Shown in pieces: positions 60,276 to 64,000 of a stretch of 64,000 nucleotides of DNA (positions are counted from its first letter, which is position 1; every line of letters starts with the position of its first letter). A program made the position numbers and the translations under genes. Origin of the DNA: an uncultured delta proteobacterium (lineage in GTDB: Bacteria; Desulfobacterota; Binatia; UBA9968); the NCBI GenBank assembly GCA_963737905.1, contig CAVTUQ010000025.1, forward strand, positions 96,001 to 160,000, given 5' to 3'. The notes below the pieces were generated by a model. That model ran no database searches. It saw only the letters and a list, made by a program, of their open reading frames with translations, and was not told where the DNA came from.

Positions 60276-61072
60276 AACGCCTGGAGGAAGGGCTGCGAAA
60301 AACCGAGGGAGTCATGGTGGCTTTCTCCGCCGGCGTAGATTCCACATTCCTACTCAAGATTGCGCATATGGTTTTGGGTGACCGCGCCGTCGCCCTAACG
60401 GCATCGTCCGCCACGATACCGCCTGGAGAACTGACAGCGGCACAAGAGTTCGCCGCGAGCCTCGGCGTCCGGCATATTGTCTTGGACTCTCACGAACTTG
60501 CCAACCCGTCATTTACCCAGAATCCCGCTAACCGATGTTTTTTCTGCAAAGACGAGCTCTACAAGATTTGTCGAGAACAGGCTGATCAATTGGGAATCGC
60601 GACCATCATAGACGGCACCAACCTGGATGATTTGCGGGATCACCGTCCGGGTCTCAAGGCCGCCAAAGAATGGGGTGTTCGTCATCCCTTGGTGGAAGCC
60701 GATATGACCAAGGAAGATATTCGCGGTTACAGTCGGGATCTCAATCTTCCGACCTGGGACAAGCCGTCCAGCCCCTGTCTCTCCTCCCGTTTTCCCTTCG
60801 GAACCGAGATCAACCTCGAACGGCTAAAAAAAATCGCTGCTTGCGAGCTATTGATGAAGGAACTCGGCTTTCGGGAGTTTCGTGTCCGCTACCACGGCGA
60901 TCTGGCCCGGATCGAAGTAGCCCAGGAGGAATTCCACCGGTGGTTCGAAAAAACTACGCGAGACGCCGTGGTGCAAAAATTCAAACAGATTGGGTTTCAC
61001 TATGTAAGTCTCGATTTGCAGGGTTATCGGACCGGGAGTATGAACGAGACCTTGCACAAAACACCGGGTTAG
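60260..61072 (+). CDS. larE: LarE family ATP-dependent sulfur transferase
   Basis: PP-loop AFSAGVDS; NRCFFCK; DGTN.DD..D.RPG; SPCLSSR; overlaps cysK by 16 nt. Confidence 0.9.
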   Translation: MDAKLERLEEGLRKTEGVMVAFSAGVDSTFLLKIAHMVLGDRAVALTASSATIPPGELTAAQEFAASLGVRHIVLDSHELANPSFTQNPANRCFFCKDELYKICREQADQLGIATIIDGTNLDDLRDHRPGLKAAKEWGVRHPLVEADMTKEDIRGYSRDLNLPTWDKPSSPCLSSRFPFGTEINLERLKKIAACELLMKELGFREFRVRYHGDLARIEVAQEEFHRWFEKTTRDAVVQKFKQIGFHYVSLDLQGYRTGSMNETLHKTPG

Positions 61073-61767
61073 GACAACCGACCTTTCCCCAGTAGTGTTT
61101 CGGCCAATAAAACATCCTCGGCCACGGTAATCTTAATGTTTGTTCTCTCTCCTTCGAGGAGAAACACCGGCTTCCCGATGCCCTCCACCAGCATCGCGTC
61201 ATCGGTTGCTTCGATCGCTTGACGCATCCCCCAATCGTGAGCTTCCATGATGACTTCTTTGCGGAAAACCTGGGGCGTTTGTATTTCCCACAAAGTATTT
61301 CTGGCCGGCGTTGCTTGAACCCAATGTTGGTCCGAAACGACTTTGATTGTGTCTTTTACCGGCACACCGACGACCACGGCGCCTGTTCGATACGCTTCAC
61401 CGACACAGCGGTCGATGAGCGAGGAAGAGACAAAGGGCCGAGCCCCGTCATGAATCACCACGATTTCGCAATTCGAATCCAGCTTCTCGAGCCCGAACCT
61501 AACCGATTCTTGTCGGCTGGCTCCCCCGGCTTGCAGAATCCATGGTCGATGCCGGAGATTAGGGTCGCTTTGAATCAACGTTTGGGTCTGTCCAAGTTCT
61601 TTGCCGGCAACCACTAGAATCACTTTTTCTATACTTCCAGTCGAGAAGAATCGGTCGAGGGTGCGCAAGACCAACGGACGACCCGCGATCGGGAGAAAGC
61701 TTTTGGAAATCGGTCCTCCGATCCGTTTCCCTTCCCCTGCAGCGACTATGATGGTGGTTACATGCAT
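61069..61767 (-). CDS. ispD: 2-C-methyl-D-erythritol 4-phosphate cytidylyltransferase
   Basis: AAGEGKR; RQESV; IHDGARP; QTPQ; NIKIT. Confidence 0.95.
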   Translation of the reverse strand: MHVTTIIVAAGEGKRIGGPISKSFLPIAGRPLVLRTLDRFFSTGSIEKVILVVAGKELGQTQTLIQSDPNLRHRPWILQAGGASRQESVRFGLEKLDSNCEIVVIHDGARPFVSSSLIDRCVGEAYRTGAVVVGVPVKDTIKVVSDQHWVQATPARNTLWEIQTPQVFRKEVIMEAHDWGMRQAIEATDDAMLVEGIGKPVFLLEGERTNIKITVAEDVLLAETLLGKGRLS

Positions 61768-61848
61768 GTTGGTGTGCGAGAAAACGAAAGAGCCGAGAGG
61801 TGGCTCTCGGCTCCGATCGATCAACTGACTTGTAATTGGATCAATAAC

Positions 61849-62331
61849 TCAATGGGTGAAAATATGGCGCAGCTCTTCCATGATTTTCTCTTCGGAGTGG
61901 GAGCGCGCGATGGAAAGTTCCTTGACCAGCAGATTTCGGGCCGTATCCAACATCTTTCTCTCGCCGAAAGAGAGTTCTTTATCGCCCTTCAACACAAAAA
62001 GGTCGCGCAGCACCTTGGCGATCTCCAGTATCGAGCCCGTTTTGATTTTCTCCGTATATTCTCTATAGCGCCGATTCCAGGTTTGCTGATCCGTTTCGAC
62101 CTTCTTTTGACGTAAAACTTTGTAAACTTTCGAAACCATCGCGCGGTCAATAACCTTACGCAAACCCACGGATTCCACGTTATCAATAGGAATCATGATC
62201 TTCATATCGGTTTCGAGAATCCTCAACATATAGAACTTTCTCTCGGTCCCGGAGATGACGTGGCTCCTGATGGCCTCGATTTCACCCACGCCATGGGCGG
62301 GATAGACGACTTTTTCACCAACCTTGAACAT
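61849..62331 (-). CDS. carD: CarD family transcriptional regulator
   Basis: F.VG..VVYPAHGVG; WNRRYRE; LSFGER. Confidence 0.95.
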   Translation of the reverse strand: MFKVGEKVVYPAHGVGEIEAIRSHVISGTERKFYMLRILETDMKIMIPIDNVESVGLRKVIDRAMVSKVYKVLRQKKVETDQQTWNRRYREYTEKIKTGSILEIAKVLRDLFVLKGDKELSFGERKMLDTARNLLVKELSIARSHSEEKIMEELRHIFTH

Positions 62332-62521
62332 GGTAACCTCCTAGCGGCGGATCGCTTTCGCGTTGCTTGTCGAACTGCGGCCGATATTGAACTGGCAACT
62401 GGCTAACAAAAGTGTGGAGTTGATCTCTTAAGGTCGATGGGAAGAATATCCGAGAACTGAGCTGGAGCCGGGTACAGAGTCTATTGGACATTCCTTGTTC
62501 CGTTCCACTGGCATGGGGTCC

Positions 62522-62598
62522 AAAAAAAATCAGCGGCCAAGTATTTCAGACCGCCAGAGGATAAAATCACTATACAACAGGGCAATTTGTTACGTCAA
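62522..62598 (-). promoter_or_regulatory. carD promoter followed by a promoter-proximal terminator-like hairpin
   Basis: TTGACG-18-TATAGT (62598-62569); GGCGGTC...GGCCGCT-GATTTTTTTT (62555-62522). Confidence 0.5.
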
Positions 62599-62711
62599 GA
62601 GGCCCAAGAGCAGCGAGCGGAAACAAAAACAAGTATATTTTCAATAGTTTAGGTATGAAATATCTAATGCTTATATACTTCAGTTGCTACCGGCTATGTG
62701 ACAATAAGGGG

Positions 62712-63155
62712 TCACCGAGGAGCCAGTTCAAGCACCATGATTACGGCATCTTCTCCGTCGTCTGAGTAATAACCCTTTCGCAGGCCCTTGTTCGCGAATC
62801 CAACGGATTCGTACAGTTTTTGCGCGGCGATGTTTGAAACCCTTACTTCAAGTGTTACTCGACATGAGTCGCGGCCGCGCGCCACCGCCACCACCTGCTC
62901 CAGAAGGGTTTGCCCAATGTGTTGACGACGGAACCCGGTATGCACGGCTATGTTGTGGATATCAACTTCCTCGGGCAGGAGCCAAAAAAGAACATAGCCG
63001 ACGATTTTGTCGTTAACCTGTGCCAGGATCGATCGGGCACAGGCGACTTGAAGCTCTTCCAGAAAAAAATTCGAACTCCACGGATGACGGAAGGAAGTCC
63101 TTTCAATGGCCATGACCTCGTCCAGATCGGCTGGGACCATCGACCTGAATGACAC
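62712..63155 (-). CDS. rimI: Ribosomal protein S18-alanine N-acetyltransferase
   Basis: IE..SF..PW; NIAV; LEVRVSN..A..LY...GF...G.RKGYY....EDA. Confidence 0.93.
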   Translation of the reverse strand: MSFRSMVPADLDEVMAIERTSFRHPWSSNFFLEELQVACARSILAQVNDKIVGYVLFWLLPEEVDIHNIAVHTGFRRQHIGQTLLEQVVAVARGRDSCRVTLEVRVSNIAAQKLYESVGFANKGLRKGYYSDDGEDAVIMVLELAPR

Positions 63156-63170
63156 CCTAAGTCCGGAAAC

Positions 63171-63203
63171 AAAAAAACCACAGGACGTTCTAGATTCCTG
63201 TGG
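63171..63203 (-). terminator. Intrinsic terminator
   Basis: CCACAGGA...TCCTGTGG followed by T7 on the minus strand. Confidence 0.7.
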
Positions 63204-63237
63204 CTCGGCCGTGGAGACTATTCCGCAATTGGTTTTG

Positions 63238-63999
63238 CTAGCGATAGCTCGTCTCCCAGTAGTTCTTCTCGCCTTTTAGCAGCAAGACTTCTAAAAGCTT
63301 ATTCTCAAAGCGATGGGCAAAACCCACAACTCTCTCCTTTAGCGGGATCACCGTTGTAAACTCGGGTGGGAAAGCGCCGATGCTGGAGGATATTTTGCGC
63401 ACCCTCTCGTCCGTGCATCTTCCTTTGATAATGAACTGACTGTCTTTGAGCGCAAGATCGTAGTCGTATTCTGGCATTTCATCAGGCAACTGCTGCCGAT
63501 TAGGCAGGCCGATGTCAGGTAAGCGCCTCGGAAACTCCAATCGCAGGAAAAGCGCGTTCCCCCGATCCTCGACCGTATAAACGTTTCCGTAGCGACGTTC
63601 GCGCTCGAGTTTTTCAACAAATCCCTTGGAATAAAACCCATCAACCGGAATCGGTATCTCTCTAATGATACCGGTATGCTTTGCTAAGATGGGCTGCAAA
63701 ACCACTCCGAGGGGGACTCCATAAACAGAGGCCGGAAACACCATCTCCCCTGCTGGCTTAACATGCAATATGCCATCCTTCAGACGATAGACTCCCTCGG
63801 CCACCGCCAAACAAAGCCCTACGAGAATATAATTGTTAATTTCTTGGCTGAAGAGAACTGAGGGTCCATGCAGAATAACGGCCACGACCATACAGACGAC
63901 CGGGTAAATAACCGCGTTATGCACGATATTGAGTCCGGTGCTGCCGGCCGCTGTAAACCAAGGACTTTGAACCGCGGCTTCGATCTGTTTTTTGGTGTC
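63238..63999 (-). CDS. Hypothetical membrane protein, 5'-partial
   Basis: Frame open to the window end; two TM helices then a soluble beta-rich domain; terminator downstream. Confidence 0.75.
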   Translation of the reverse strand, partial: DTKKQIEAAVQSPWFTAAGSTGLNIVHNAVIYPVVCMVVAVILHGPSVLFSQEINNYILVGLCLAVAEGVYRLKDGILHVKPAGEMVFPASVYGVPLGVVLQPILAKHTGIIREIPIPVDGFYSKGFVEKLERERRYGNVYTVEDRGNALFLRLEFPRRLPDIGLPNRQQLPDEMPEYDYDLALKDSQFIIKGRCTDERVRKISSSIGAFPPEFTTVIPLKERVVGFAHRFENKLLEVLLLKGEKNYWETSYR

Positions 64000-64000
64000 A

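Overview
64 kb of a moderately GC-rich diderm bacterial chromosome. The gene content (expanded Fe3+/thiamine-family and TctC solute-binding proteins, amidohydrolases, SWIB protein, CarD, DUF1844, NrdJ) suggests a Deltaproteobacteria/Binatota-like organism, which is an inference only. The left ~23 kb is accessory and catabolic: three paralogous orphan substrate-binding proteins, TctC, MFS, a MauG-like di-haem protein, a frameshifted D-aminoacylase, hydantoinase/oxoprolinase A plus two B subunits, and a phthalate-type Rieske oxygenase with a dihydrodiol dehydrogenase. The rest is mostly core: rpsO-pnp-M16 peptidase(frameshifted)-dut-purB-purSQL-purF, nrdJ with tandem NrdR boxes, DciA, mlaEFD, DUF1844-degP-mrcB-TPR lipoprotein-tsaD-rsmA-mutM, cysK-larE, carD-ispD and rimI. 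An inserted block holds an amidohydrolase, lhgO, a gamma-CA and a FadR-regulated delta/alpha/beta operon of the oxalate oxidoreductase (YPIRP) clade with an altered active site, which is the best candidate for an undescribed system. Other leads are a dispersed TTGAAC/GTTCAA palindromic micro-repeat family, three structured leaders ending in terminators, and an LpoP-like PBP1b activator. No rRNA, tRNA, CRISPR array or transposase was recognised. All family assignments come from motif recognition and recalled sequences; no searches were run.
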